Shown here in pieces: positions 10,137-19,799 of a stretch of 64,000 nt of DNA (its first letter is position 1; each line of letters starts with the position of its first letter). Position numbers and translations under genes: made by a program. Under the pieces are notes generated by a model. The model made no database searches, had not been told where the DNA came from, and worked only from the letters and a program-made list of their open reading frames with translations. Source of the DNA: Candidatus Latescibacterota bacterium (GTDB taxonomy: Bacteria; Latescibacterota; UBA2968; UBA8231); NCBI GenBank assembly GCA_965204725.1, contig OZ242005.1:1600001-1664000 (forward strand), in the 5' to 3' direction.

Positions 10137-12011
10137 ATGGCCGAAATCGGGGCCTTGTTGCCACCTACGGACAAGCGAGAGTACTCGCAAGAAGAGCGCC
10201 AATCTGTAGTCATTGCATTTTCCGGCGATTCGGGCGATGGGATGCAGCTAACCGGCGGGCAGTTTACCAATACTTCGGCCGTGATGGGCAACGATGTGAG
10301 TACATTTCCCGACATTCCGGCCGAAATCCGCGCCCCGGCCGGGACCATCCCCGGGCTGAGCGGCTATCAAGTCAACTTTGCGGCCGACGATCTCTACACG
10401 GCCGGCGACTCGCCCCAAGTACTGGTCGCGATGAACCCGGCCGCGCTCAAAGCCAATTTGCCCGATCTCGAGCCGGGCGGGGCCATCATCGTCAATACCG
10501 ATCCATTCAACCGCAACGGTCTCCGCAAGGCTGGGTACGAGAAAAATCCGCTCGAAGACGGCAGCCTCCGTGGCTACGACGTGCATCCGGTTCCCCTGAC
10601 GACCCTGACCCGCAATGCCCTCGCCGACATCGAGGGCATGAGCAACCAAGCCAAGGACACGTGCAAGAATGCCTTTGTCTTGGGCTTGGTGTTCTGGATG
10701 TTCGACCGCCCGCTCGACTACACGCTCAAGTTTTACCAGACCAAGTTCGCCGGCCGGCCCGAGGTCGTTGAGGCCAATACGAGGGCCTTAAAAGCGGGCT
10801 ACTACTACGGAGAAACGGCCGAGACCTTTCAGACCCAGATCTCGGTGCCCAAGCGGCAGATTATCGAGCAAGGAGTGTACAAGCGGCTCACGGGCAATGA
10901 GGCGCTTGTCTTGGGGCTGGTAACGGCCGCGCAAAAGGCCGGCAAACCGCTCTTTTACGGCTCGTATCCCATCACGCCGGCCAGCACCATTCTGGAGGGC
11001 TTGGCGGGGCTGAAAAACTTCGATGTGCGGACGTTTCAGGCCGAGGACGAAATCGCGGCCATGGGTTCGGTGATTGGCGCGGCCTTTGCCGGCAGTCTCG
11101 CAGCTACCGCCAGCAGCGGCCCGGGGATCGCGCTCAAGAGCGAGGCGATCAACTTGGCCGTAGTTATGGAGCTGCCGCTGGTGGTTATCGATGTCCAGCG
11201 CGGCGGCCCTAGCACCGGCTTGCCCACCAAGACCGAGCAGGCCGACTTGCTGGAGGTGCTCTACGGACGCAACGGCGAAAGCCCGATCCCGGTCGTTGCT
11301 CCGGCCACTCCGGGCGAATGCTTCGCCATGGTCATCGAGGCATTCCGCATTGCCGTGCGCTATATGACGCCGGTCTTTCTCCTATCCGACGGGTACGTGG
11401 CCAACAACTCCGAGCCATGGAAAATACCCGACCCGGATTCCATCGCCGCCATTGATGCCGAGCCGCACGTCGATCCCGACGGCTACCAACCCTACATGCG
11501 CGACCCGCAGACGTTGGCCCGGCCTTGGGTCTTGCCGGGGACGCCGGGCATGGAGCACCGGATCGGCGGCTTGGGCAAGCAGGATGTGACGGGCAATGTA
11601 TCCTACGCGCCCGAAGACCACGAGCGCATCGTCCACGTCCGGGCGGCCAAAGTCCGCGGCATTGCTAATTTCGTGCCCGAGCTGGAAGTGATCGGCCCCG
11701 AGCAAGGGGACCTGCTGGTCTTGGGCTGGGGGGGGACCTACGGCGCCATTCGCGCCGCGGTTGAGCAAGTGCAGGGCGAGGGCCTCGACGTGGCCTACGC
11801 GCACCTGCGCTACTTGAACCCATTTCCCCGCAACCTCGGCAACGTGCTCAGCCGCTACAAGCAAGTGTTGGTGCCCGAGCTAAACTTGGGCCAGTTGGCC
11901 TTGTTGGTCCAGGCGCACTTCCCCGTGCGCGTCGTCAAGCTGAACAAGGTCCAAGGATGCCCCTTCCAAATTCGGGAAGTGGCCGACAAAATTCGCCAGA
12001 TGCTGAGCTAA
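10137..12011 (+). CDS. korA: 2-oxoacid:ferredoxin oxidoreductase alpha subunit
   Basis: GDSGDGMQLTG, YPITPAS, QAEDEIAA, QRGGPSTGLPTK, HRIGGL. Confidence 0.95.
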   Translation: MAEIGALLPPTDKREYSQEERQSVVIAFSGDSGDGMQLTGGQFTNTSAVMGNDVSTFPDIPAEIRAPAGTIPGLSGYQVNFAADDLYTAGDSPQVLVAMNPAALKANLPDLEPGGAIIVNTDPFNRNGLRKAGYEKNPLEDGSLRGYDVHPVPLTTLTRNALADIEGMSNQAKDTCKNAFVLGLVFWMFDRPLDYTLKFYQTKFAGRPEVVEANTRALKAGYYYGETAETFQTQISVPKRQIIEQGVYKRLTGNEALVLGLVTAAQKAGKPLFYGSYPITPASTILEGLAGLKNFDVRTFQAEDEIAAMGSVIGAAFAGSLAATASSGPGIALKSEAINLAVVMELPLVVIDVQRGGPSTGLPTKTEQADLLEVLYGRNGESPIPVVAPATPGECFAMVIEAFRIAVRYMTPVFLLSDGYVANNSEPWKIPDPDSIAAIDAEPHVDPDGYQPYMRDPQTLARPWVLPGTPGMEHRIGGLGKQDVTGNVSYAPEDHERIVHVRAAKVRGIANFVPELEVIGPEQGDLLVLGWGGTYGAIRAAVEQVQGEGLDVAYAHLRYLNPFPRNLGNVLSRYKQVLVPELNLGQLALLVQAHFPVRVVKLNKVQGCPFQIREVADKIRQMLS

Positions 12012-12020
12012 AGCAGGGAG

Positions 12021-13052
12021 ATGGAGACCGAGATGGCCGAAGCCGTTGTACAAACTGGGTTGAGCCGCAAGGATTTTGTTTCCGACCAAGAGGTTCGCTG
12101 GTGCCCCGGGTGCGGCGACTACGCGATTTTGGCCCAAATGCAAAAGATGCTGCCCGAAGTGGGAATTCCCCGCGAAAACATCGTATTCGTCTCCGGGATC
12201 GGCTGCTCTAGCCGCTTTCCTTACTACATGAATACGTACGGCATTCACTCGATCCACGGGCGTGCGCCCACAATCGCCACGGGCATCAAAACGGCCAACC
12301 CAGATTTGAGCGTTTGGGTCATCACTGGCGATGGCGACGGGCTGTCAATCGGGGGCAATCACCTCCTGCACAGCCTCCGGCGCAATGTCGATCTGAAGAT
12401 CATTCTGTTCAACAACCGGATCTACGGGCTTACCAAAGGCCAGTACTCGCCGACCTCGCTGCTCGGGCACCGCACTAGGTCCACCCCCATGGGGTCCATT
12501 GACTATCCACTCAACCCGATCTCTGTGGCGCTGAGTGCCGAAGCGACCTTTGTCGCCCGCACGCAAGACACCAACACCAAGCACCTGAGCTATGTGCTCA
12601 AGCGCGCGGCCGAACACCGAGGAGCGGCCTTTGTCGAGATCTACCAAAACTGCGTCGTGCTCAACCCCACGGCTTGGGAACACACCACGGATTCGGACGT
12701 GCGCGACGACAATATCGTGTTCTTGGAGGAAGGGCAGCCCCTCGTTTTTGGCAAGGATCGGGACCGGGGCATCCGCATGAACGGCACGGAACCCGAGGTC
12801 GTCGCACTCAGCGAGGTGGCCCTCGACGAGTTGGTCGTGCATCGCCAAGGGCGCGAAAACGCCAGCTATGCCTATATGCTCAGCCGGATGGAATACCCGG
12901 CGCTGCCGCTGCCCTTTGGCGTCCTGCGCGCCCTCGACCGGCCGACCTACACCGAGTTGTTGTTCGACCAAATCGCCGCAACTACCCAGCAGCGGGGTGC
13001 GGGCGATCTGGCGGCTCTGTTTAGCGCGGGCGATACTTGGGTCGTCGAATAG
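12021..13052 (+). CDS. korB: 2-oxoacid:ferredoxin oxidoreductase beta subunit
   Basis: WCPGCGD, SGIGCSSR, GDGD..NN TPP motif, YGLTKGQ. Confidence 0.95.
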   Translation: METEMAEAVVQTGLSRKDFVSDQEVRWCPGCGDYAILAQMQKMLPEVGIPRENIVFVSGIGCSSRFPYYMNTYGIHSIHGRAPTIATGIKTANPDLSVWVITGDGDGLSIGGNHLLHSLRRNVDLKIILFNNRIYGLTKGQYSPTSLLGHRTRSTPMGSIDYPLNPISVALSAEATFVARTQDTNTKHLSYVLKRAAEHRGAAFVEIYQNCVVLNPTAWEHTTDSDVRDDNIVFLEEGQPLVFGKDRDRGIRMNGTEPEVVALSEVALDELVVHRQGRENASYAYMLSRMEYPALPLPFGVLRALDRPTYTELLFDQIAATTQQRGAGDLAALFSAGDTWVVE

Positions 13053-13063
13053 GAGAAGATCGA

Positions 13064-13582
13064 GTGATTTGCTCTTTGTGTTCCCACGACAATATCCCTG
13101 GCGTTGACCTCTGCGAGGGGTGTGGCCAGAGCCTGAGTGAAGCGTACCAAGACTGGGGGAGCGAGGAGTTCAAGGAGGTTTTTACCGAGCCGCTCTCCGC
13201 GCTCAATCCGCAGGAGATGGTCTGCGTGTCGCCAACGACTTCGTTGGCCGAGGTCATCGCCCTGCTCAAGGAGCGGCATGTGGGTTGCGTGTTGGTGACC
13301 GGCGAAGACGGGCAGTTAATCGGCATATTTACCGAGCGCGACATCCTCTACCGGGTGGCGGGCTTGATCCGCAATCTCGAACAGATCGCGGTGGAGAGCC
13401 TGATGACGCCTCGCCCCACCGCGCTCCGAGCCGATGCGGCCGTGCAACACGCCCTGCACTTGATGAGCATTCACGGCTTTCGCCACGTGCCCCTGCTAGA
13501 CGACGCCGACCGCCCGGTTGGCTTGGTCTCGTTTAGGTACATCGTCCGTTTTATCGAAGAGAACTTTTCCTCCGCAGCCTGA
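13064..13582 (+). CDS. zinc-ribbon + CBS-pair protein
   Basis: CSLC..N....DLCEGC ribbon, then LIGIFTERD and FRHVPLLD; GTG start after AGGAG. Confidence 0.85.
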   Translation: MICSLCSHDNIPGVDLCEGCGQSLSEAYQDWGSEEFKEVFTEPLSALNPQEMVCVSPTTSLAEVIALLKERHVGCVLVTGEDGQLIGIFTERDILYRVAGLIRNLEQIAVESLMTPRPTALRADAAVQHALHLMSIHGFRHVPLLDDADRPVGLVSFRYIVRFIEENFSSAA

Positions 13583-13616
13583 GGGCTCGCTCCTGTTTTT
13601 GAAAGGCGGTTGTGCC

Positions 13617-14099
13617 ATGTCATTGAGCCGCACGGCCATACATTCGCTCCTCGCGTTGGTTCTGTTAAGTCCCCTAGAGGGTAAGGCCGAATTGGACTGG
13701 GCCACCCTGAATAGCACACACGAGGTCACCGAAGCCGAGTGGTTGCAGTTGCAGCTATCTGTATTGGGGTTAAAACTGAGCTATCCGGCCTACCGCATTG
13801 ATCTAGAGCTAACCGGCGACTCGGCGATTGAATTTACCTTTGTCGCCAGCAGTGGAATGGCCAAGCATCTCACCGAAGACTTGGGCAAGCGCGAGGCCGA
13901 AGAGGTGATCTCCTACCATGCACAGGGTATCAGCGACCAAATAGAAACCCTGATCCGCGACCAATTCCCAGACTTGTGGTCGGGCTTTGACGCCATTGAA
14001 GATGTTCGCGGCCAGTTTCTCGGCCCGGGCGAGGAGTGGAACGACCCGCCGCGAGAAATCGGCACTTGGCTGGAAAACAAATTCTCTTGGGGGCGCTGA
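13617..14099 (+). CDS. hypothetical secreted protein
   Basis: Signal-peptide-like N-terminus (SLLALVLLSPLEGKA); typical codon usage; no recognised motif. Confidence 0.65.
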   Translation: MSLSRTAIHSLLALVLLSPLEGKAELDWATLNSTHEVTEAEWLQLQLSVLGLKLSYPAYRIDLELTGDSAIEFTFVASSGMAKHLTEDLGKREAEEVISYHAQGISDQIETLIRDQFPDLWSGFDAIEDVRGQFLGPGEEWNDPPREIGTWLENKFSWGR

Positions 14100-14111
14100 G
14101 GGCTAGCGCCC

Positions 14112-14348
14112 TCATTCCGGGTCGCGGTGCGGCATGGCCCCTTGGGTTGATTCGTCGAGGGAGATGTCCTTGTCGATGACCGGCTCTTCGGTGGTCACGA
14201 TCCAGCCGCGCACTCGCCGGCCGAAGATGCTAATTTCCTTGCGCTGGGCGTTGATGACCTTAGACGAAGCCGTATGCCGCTCTTTGTTGATACAGAAAAA
14301 GGTGTGCCGCCGCGTCATGCCCTTTTCCTTTCCTTCCATGCGTTCCAT
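14112..14348 (-). CDS. small hypothetical protein
   Basis: ATG 13 bp after the hemE stop with GAGGGG upstream; fills the gap; no recognised motif. Confidence 0.5.
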   Translation of the reverse strand: MERMEGKEKGMTRRHTFFCINKERHTASSKVINAQRKEISIFGRRVRGWIVTTEEPVIDKDISLDESTQGAMPHRDPE

Positions 14349-14361
14349 TGGCCGTCCCCTC

Positions 14362-15399
14362 TTAGGTTTGCCCGAACTGGTGGACCGCATCCACTAACAA
14401 TTTGACCTTTTCATAAGGCGTGTCTGGATAGACGCCGTGCCCCAAGTTGAAGATGTGGGGTCGGCCCCGGCCCCAGCCCTGTGCGAGAATGCGCTGGGCG
14501 GCCGCCGCAAGGCTCGCGTCCGAGCCGTAGAGGGCGCAGGGGTCTAGATTGCCCTGTAAAGGCATGGCATCTCCGAACAACCCATAAGCCGCGTCTAGAT
14601 CGATCCGCCAATCGAGGCTTAGGACGTGTGCGCCGACGCGGCCAAAGCAGGATAGGTGTTGCGCCCCGGCCAGCGGAAAGTAAATGATCGGCGCATTCAG
14701 GGGGGCGAGGCGGCGGCAAACGCGCTGGACATAGGGCAGGGCGAATTCCTTGAATTGCGCCGGCGACAACAAGCCAATGGACGTGTCGAAGAGCTGGATG
14801 GCTTGGGCACCGGCCTCGATCTGGGCGCGCAAGAAGCAGCCGACGAGGTCGCTGAGCAGGTCGAGTAGCCGGTGGGCGAGGTCGGGGTCGCTGTGGATCA
14901 TGCGGCGAAAAGCGGGGAAGTCTTTGGCATGGCTTCCTTCCACTAGCCAAGTCGCCAAGGTAAAAGGCCCACCGGCATACCCGAGGAGCGGGACGGCAGG
15001 CGGCAGGGCGTTGTGCGCTAGCCGGGCGGCTTCTAAGACGTAGGCGAGGTCGTCCTCGGGGACGGGGTTGCGGAGGCCGTTGACGTCGGCGGCCGAGCGG
15101 ACCGGGCGGGCAAAGACCGGGCCGGGTGCGTAGGTCAGCTCGCAGCCGAGGGCTTCTAGGGGGGTCACGAGGTCGGTAAAGAGAATGGCCGCATCGACCC
15201 CGAGCAAATCGACCGGCATGAGGGTAATCTCAGCGGCGAGCTCGGGGGTTTTGAAAAGGGTGAGCAGCGAGCCGTGCCGCTGGCGCAGTGCTCGGTAGGG
15301 CTTGAGGATGCGGCCCGCTTGGCGCATGATCCAGATAGGAGGAGTGGCCGGTACTTGGCCCCGACAGGCTTGGAGAAAGGGGGCGGACGGATCGGACAA
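14362..15399 (-). CDS. hemE: uroporphyrinogen decarboxylase
   Basis: PIWIMRQAGR, DAAILFTD, QGNLDP, HIFNLGHG. Confidence 0.95.
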   Translation of the reverse strand: MSDPSAPFLQACRGQVPATPPIWIMRQAGRILKPYRALRQRHGSLLTLFKTPELAAEITLMPVDLLGVDAAILFTDLVTPLEALGCELTYAPGPVFARPVRSAADVNGLRNPVPEDDLAYVLEAARLAHNALPPAVPLLGYAGGPFTLATWLVEGSHAKDFPAFRRMIHSDPDLAHRLLDLLSDLVGCFLRAQIEAGAQAIQLFDTSIGLLSPAQFKEFALPYVQRVCRRLAPLNAPIIYFPLAGAQHLSCFGRVGAHVLSLDWRIDLDAAYGLFGDAMPLQGNLDPCALYGSDASLAAAAQRILAQGWGRGRPHIFNLGHGVYPDTPYEKVKLLVDAVHQFGQT

Positions 15400-15403
15400 A
15401 ACG

Positions 15404-17752
15404 CTAGCGGCCCGGTTCGACCATCCACTCAGGCAGCGCGATGCGATAGACGACCACGTCCTCGAGCGGTTTGAAGCAGACGCGGTCCCCTTCCATGTCG
15501 GCTCGGTAGATGTCGGGCTCTTCGTCCTCGGACTTGAAGGCCAACAGGCGCAACCGAGGTAGCTTGCGGTCGGGCCAGTACTGGCCTACGTCGATTACGA
15601 TGTCGGCTTGGCAGCCAAAGGGCACGACGTCAATTTCCCATTTGCGCTCTTTAATGACGACGGCACCGTTGAGCTCCACCGGGCCAAATTGCCCCCGTTG
15701 CCCTCGGGTATCCACGAACAAATAGTCCTCGCAAGCGGCGTAGTCAATGGGACCTGCGCCCGCGTCGGCCGAATAGACCAGCAGCGATGCGTCCTTCCAA
15801 GCGCAAAACGAGCCGGGCGGAAGGTGGTAGGCTCCCTCGCTCCGGTGGACGGTCCAAGGCTGGTCCCAGCCGAGGTTGGCATAGACTTCGAGGCCATTGC
15901 CGTATGTCACCCGCACCTGTCCTTGGACAAACGCGCCGGAAAGCAGCGCGTCGTTGGTCGCCAAAAACTGGTCGTTGTGGTAGTAGTCAATGGAGCGCAC
16001 CGGGACGCGGAGATAGTGCTTTTGCAGTGCGCGCAGCATGTAATAGGCCTTGACCGTAGAAGCGATGCCCCACTCCAGTTGGTCGGGGAGCAGGCAGGCG
16101 TGGCCAAAGGCCGCAGTAGCGGCGAGATAGCGGGCGAGATAGGGGCTGCGGCTGTGTTTCTCGCCTTGGGGGATGTGCCCGGCAAAGTACTGGTCGATAG
16201 TCCCCACACCCGCATCGGTCTCTACGGTATGGAGGTGGTGCAGATCGAAATCTACCAGCGGCGGAATGCGGCTGGGGTTGGTCCCGACCATGCGGGCGAG
16301 GTAGCCGGTCAGGACGCCAGCGTAGAACCAGTGGTTGCCGCCGCTGCCGATGGCCAAGCCGGCTTGCGCTTGGGAGCGGAGGACGCGCTGTTGCAGGGAA
16401 TAGCTGTTTACCAAGTGGCCGGTTGTCGTTGCGTCGCCGCCGAAGTCGTTGAACTCCCAAGGCGGAACCTCGGCGTGTTCGCTTACGTAGAGCGCGTCGC
16501 AGGGGTATTTGGCGGCAATGGTGCGCGCGTGTTCGGGTGCGTGCGCCAGTGCTTCGGACGGCTTGAACAAATACAGCCCCGGGCCGGTCGGGGTTGGGGC
16601 TCCGTTGGCGAGTTGGGCCGCCCATTCGGGCCGCCAGCAGGGGTTGGTCGGGGCGATGTGGCGGTAGCTAACTTGGAGGCTGGTTTTGTAGCCCAAATCG
16701 GACAGGGCTTCGAGGTACTCGCCGAGGGCGTCTTGGCCGCCTTTCGCGGCGGCCCCCTCCACCGCGAGCGTAGCGTTGCCGTCGCCATCGTGCCAAGTCT
16801 CGCTGGGGTGGTTGATCAGCAGGTGATCGACGCCCATCAGCTTGAGCTGGCGCATATTCTCGTATAGCTCGACGTAGCTTTCTTGGGTCGCGTCGATATA
16901 GGGGATGTTGTACCAAGCCCAATCCGCGAGCGTTTCACTTTGCCCGTCCCCGGCCGAGGAAAAAGTCGGGAGAACCTCTTCGTGTTGGGTGGAGACCGTG
17001 ATGAGCCAGTGTTCTTGCAAGTCGCTGCGCTTGCCGCTGCTTGGGCTGGCGTAGGTACAGCCGCCGTTGAGTTGGACTAGGCGCTGAGACTCTGCTTCGG
17101 GCGGGGCGTACAGGCTGGAAGCATGGGAGCCGTGCCAATCGACAAAGCTCGATAAGAAATAGCCGGCCGTGCAGAGGATGCGCGGATAGTGGTCGCCTAA
17201 GTTGAAATAGGGAATGGCGATCAGGCGCGGGTGTAAGGCCCCGGTGACTCGGCCGAGCGAGAGGCCAGTGCCCTTGCCGTGCCCGCCCTCGATTGCCACG
17301 ACGAGGGACTTGCCGCTGATGCGGAACCGATAGAGGAAGTTGGCTTGTTCCTCCCCTAGCTTCCACTGCCAGCGGGCCTCGACGCAATCGCCGACTTGCT
17401 CGCAGGAGATGAGGTGCCGCTCTACTTCCTCGCTATCCGGCGGCCAAACCGATCCGCCCATTTCCACGGCAATCCCGCCGCCTGCGGCCGGTTTGAGCGG
17501 GTTGCCATTGTTGACTTCTAGCTCAATATCGGCGAAGGTTCCATCAATTGGCGTGTAGATGAATTGGACGACGGCCGAGACGGAACGGCTTTCAAATACA
17601 AAGGAAATACCCTCTTTGCGAATGGAGGTTTCGACTTCTTCGTGAAGCGGGGGAAGAATCGAGGGTTGGCTTGGGCTAGCGGATACGGGCTGTTGGGGCT
17701 GTTGGGGCTGTTGCTCGCCCGGAGCCGTCGTCACCCCTGTGAGGTCTGTCAT
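15404..17752 (-). CDS. large hypothetical protein, possibly glycoside-hydrolase-like TIM barrel
   Basis: 782-aa ORF; segments such as KGGQDAL, ALYVSEH..VPPW, GSGGNHWFYAG, YLAATAAFGH resemble uncharacterised GH-like families; low-complexity PQQ N-terminus. Confidence 0.6.
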   Translation of the reverse strand: MTDLTGVTTAPGEQQPQQPQQPVSASPSQPSILPPLHEEVETSIRKEGISFVFESRSVSAVVQFIYTPIDGTFADIELEVNNGNPLKPAAGGGIAVEMGGSVWPPDSEEVERHLISCEQVGDCVEARWQWKLGEEQANFLYRFRISGKSLVVAIEGGHGKGTGLSLGRVTGALHPRLIAIPYFNLGDHYPRILCTAGYFLSSFVDWHGSHASSLYAPPEAESQRLVQLNGGCTYASPSSGKRSDLQEHWLITVSTQHEEVLPTFSSAGDGQSETLADWAWYNIPYIDATQESYVELYENMRQLKLMGVDHLLINHPSETWHDGDGNATLAVEGAAAKGGQDALGEYLEALSDLGYKTSLQVSYRHIAPTNPCWRPEWAAQLANGAPTPTGPGLYLFKPSEALAHAPEHARTIAAKYPCDALYVSEHAEVPPWEFNDFGGDATTTGHLVNSYSLQQRVLRSQAQAGLAIGSGGNHWFYAGVLTGYLARMVGTNPSRIPPLVDFDLHHLHTVETDAGVGTIDQYFAGHIPQGEKHSRSPYLARYLAATAAFGHACLLPDQLEWGIASTVKAYYMLRALQKHYLRVPVRSIDYYHNDQFLATNDALLSGAFVQGQVRVTYGNGLEVYANLGWDQPWTVHRSEGAYHLPPGSFCAWKDASLLVYSADAGAGPIDYAACEDYLFVDTRGQRGQFGPVELNGAVVIKERKWEIDVVPFGCQADIVIDVGQYWPDRKLPRLRLLAFKSEDEEPDIYRADMEGDRVCFKPLEDVVVYRIALPEWMVEPGR

Positions 17753-17797
17753 GGAATGTCCTGACGCAGCGCGTTTTTAATTTTTTCAAAGTAAATC

Positions 17798-17826
17798 AAC
17801 ATAGAGAATAAACGAGGTCATGTCAA
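17798..17826 (-). promoter_or_regulatory. sigma70 promoter for the hypothetical-hemE operon
   Basis: Minus strand TTGACA-17 bp-TATGTT. Confidence 0.65.
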
Positions 17827-17842
17827 GCTGAAGTCCCTCGAT

Positions 17843-17871
17843 TTGACCGGGGAACAAAGCCGTCCTATCTT
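17843..17871 (+). promoter_or_regulatory. divergent sigma70 promoter
   Basis: TTGACC-17 bp-TATCTT. Confidence 0.6.
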
Positions 17872-17908
17872 GTTGTTTTTATAATAACTTTAGTGATGTG
17901 AAGTCGTC

Positions 17909-19144
17909 TTGAAATCAAGGGATTGCATAGTGGTTGGCGGTGGAGCCGCCGGGATGCTGGCCGCCATTGTCGCGGCCTCGGCAGGCGAGCGGGTGACCCT
18001 GCTCGAAGGCAGCGGAAAATTGGGGCGGAAGATATTGATTTCGGGCAATGGGCGCTGCAACCTGACCAATAGGGCGGCGGACGCCCTCAAGCACTACCAC
18101 GGCACACACCCGCGCTTTGTCCGCAGTGCGCTAGACCAATTCCGCTTAGAAGAGACCTTGGCGTTTTTTGCCGATCTGGGGATCGAGTTCCGCGAAGAAA
18201 AACGGCAGCGGCTCTTTCCGGTGTCGGATCAAGCGCAGGCGGTCGTCGATTTGCTTGCGGACCGCATGCGCTGCCTAGACGTCCGCATCGAAACCGAGGC
18301 CAAGGTGGTCCGCATGCGCTGTGCCCCCGGCGCGCCTCGCTTTGAATTGCGCGACGCCGAGGGGCGGTCCTATACAGCCGCGCGCGTGATATTGGCCAGC
18401 GGCGGCGTCAGCTTGGCCCGCTTGGGGGCGGACCGCTCGGGCTTGGGCTTGGCCGTGGCTATGGGGCACCGGCTCACCGAGCTCAAGCCCGGGTTGGTGC
18501 CGCTAATAAGCCCGGAAAAATACGTCGCTCGCATGCAGGGGCTCAAGGTTCGGGCCGAAGTGCGCGTCGCGCTCAAAGGAGGGGGCGAGGCCGTTGATAC
18601 AGACGACTTGCTCTTTACAAAATACGGGGTCTCTGGTTTTACCATATTAAATCTCAGTGCTCGCTTGGTGCCCGAGTTGGGGGCACAGCCCGCCGTGCTC
18701 CGGGTCAATTTCTTCCCCGGCCGCAGTCCAGAGGCGATCAGCCAATTGCTCAAAGCGCGCTGGCAGCGCCATCCCCATCGCTCGCTCGACCTGAGTTTTG
18801 CCGGCCTGCTTTCTAGCAAATTGGTGCGGCCCCTCTTGGCCCATCTGGGGATTGACGCGGCGCAGCGGGTGGATCGGCTCGGCAAGGGGGTGCGCTGGCA
18901 GCTTGCCCAGCGCCTGACGAGTTGGCCGATCGCGGTCAGCGGCCCGCGCCCTTTTGACTACGCCGAAGTGACGATCGGGGGTGTGCGAACCGAGGACATC
19001 AATCCCGATACGCTCGAATCCTTTTTAGTGCCCGGTCTGTACTTTGCCGGCGAGATGGTTGACGTTCACGCCGACTTGGGGGGATTTAACTTCCAATGGG
19101 CTTGGGCCAGCGGCGTTCTCGCCGGTCGTCGGCTGGGGTCGTGA
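17909..19144 (+). CDS. HI0933/YhiN(BaiN)-family flavoprotein
   Basis: GGGAAG, GRKILISGNGRCNLTN, LFTKYGVSG, VTIGGV, GGFNFQWAWASG. Confidence 0.93.
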   Translation: MKSRDCIVVGGGAAGMLAAIVAASAGERVTLLEGSGKLGRKILISGNGRCNLTNRAADALKHYHGTHPRFVRSALDQFRLEETLAFFADLGIEFREEKRQRLFPVSDQAQAVVDLLADRMRCLDVRIETEAKVVRMRCAPGAPRFELRDAEGRSYTAARVILASGGVSLARLGADRSGLGLAVAMGHRLTELKPGLVPLISPEKYVARMQGLKVRAEVRVALKGGGEAVDTDDLLFTKYGVSGFTILNLSARLVPELGAQPAVLRVNFFPGRSPEAISQLLKARWQRHPHRSLDLSFAGLLSSKLVRPLLAHLGIDAAQRVDRLGKGVRWQLAQRLTSWPIAVSGPRPFDYAEVTIGGVRTEDINPDTLESFLVPGLYFAGEMVDVHADLGGFNFQWAWASGVLAGRRLGS

Positions 19145-19183
19145 GCACTGGCGCGATTCGCCGGTGAATGTAGATTGAGACAG

Positions 19184-19789
19184 ATGCGAGACGATGGAAC
19201 GGGCCGGGTGGCCGGCATCATTTTGGCGGCGGGCATGTCCACCCGCATGGGGCCGCTCAAGCAGTTGTTGCCCTTGGGGGGCCGGGCGACCATTGAATGG
19301 ATTGCCGCGGCGGTGGGGCAGCGGATCAATGAGGTGGTGGTCGTACTCGGCCACCGCGCTGAGGAGGTGGCCCCGGTCTTGGCTGCTCATCCGGTCCGGT
19401 GGGTCGTCAATGCCGATTATCAAACGGGCATGCTCTCTTCGGTGCAGTGCGGGGTGCGGGCGGTGAATAGAGCGGCCGATTACTTGATTTGCCTCGGCGA
19501 TCAACCGCGGCTGAGCAAAGCCGTAGTAGAGCAGGTTTTGCAGCGGAGAAACCAGCGCGACGCCGGGATCATCATACCGACTACCAACGGAAAAAGGGGG
19601 CACCCGGTCTTGATCAACAACGCCTATCGGGCAGAAATTTTGGCCTTGCCGCCGGGCGTGGGGTTGAACGCGGTGACCCGGGGCCATCCCGAGGACACGT
19701 GCGAGCTGCCGGTGGCCGAGCCCGCCATCCTAACCGACATGGACACGCCCGCAGACTACCAGCGCGAGCTAAACCACTGGCCGGAGTAA
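19184..19789 (+). CDS. mocA: MocA-like molybdenum cofactor cytidylyltransferase
   Basis: ILAAGMSTRMG..KQLL, LGDQP, GHPVL, DMDTPADY; adjacent to xdhC. Confidence 0.8.
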   Translation: MRDDGTGRVAGIILAAGMSTRMGPLKQLLPLGGRATIEWIAAAVGQRINEVVVVLGHRAEEVAPVLAAHPVRWVVNADYQTGMLSSVQCGVRAVNRAADYLICLGDQPRLSKAVVEQVLQRRNQRDAGIIIPTTNGKRGHPVLINNAYRAEILALPPGVGLNAVTRGHPEDTCELPVAEPAILTDMDTPADYQRELNHWPE

Positions 19790-19799
19790 CCGGAGTACT

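Noticed and set aside
17686-17714. 9-bp tandem repeat encoding (QQP)3
   Set aside because: In-frame low-complexity N-terminus; cannot cause phase variation.
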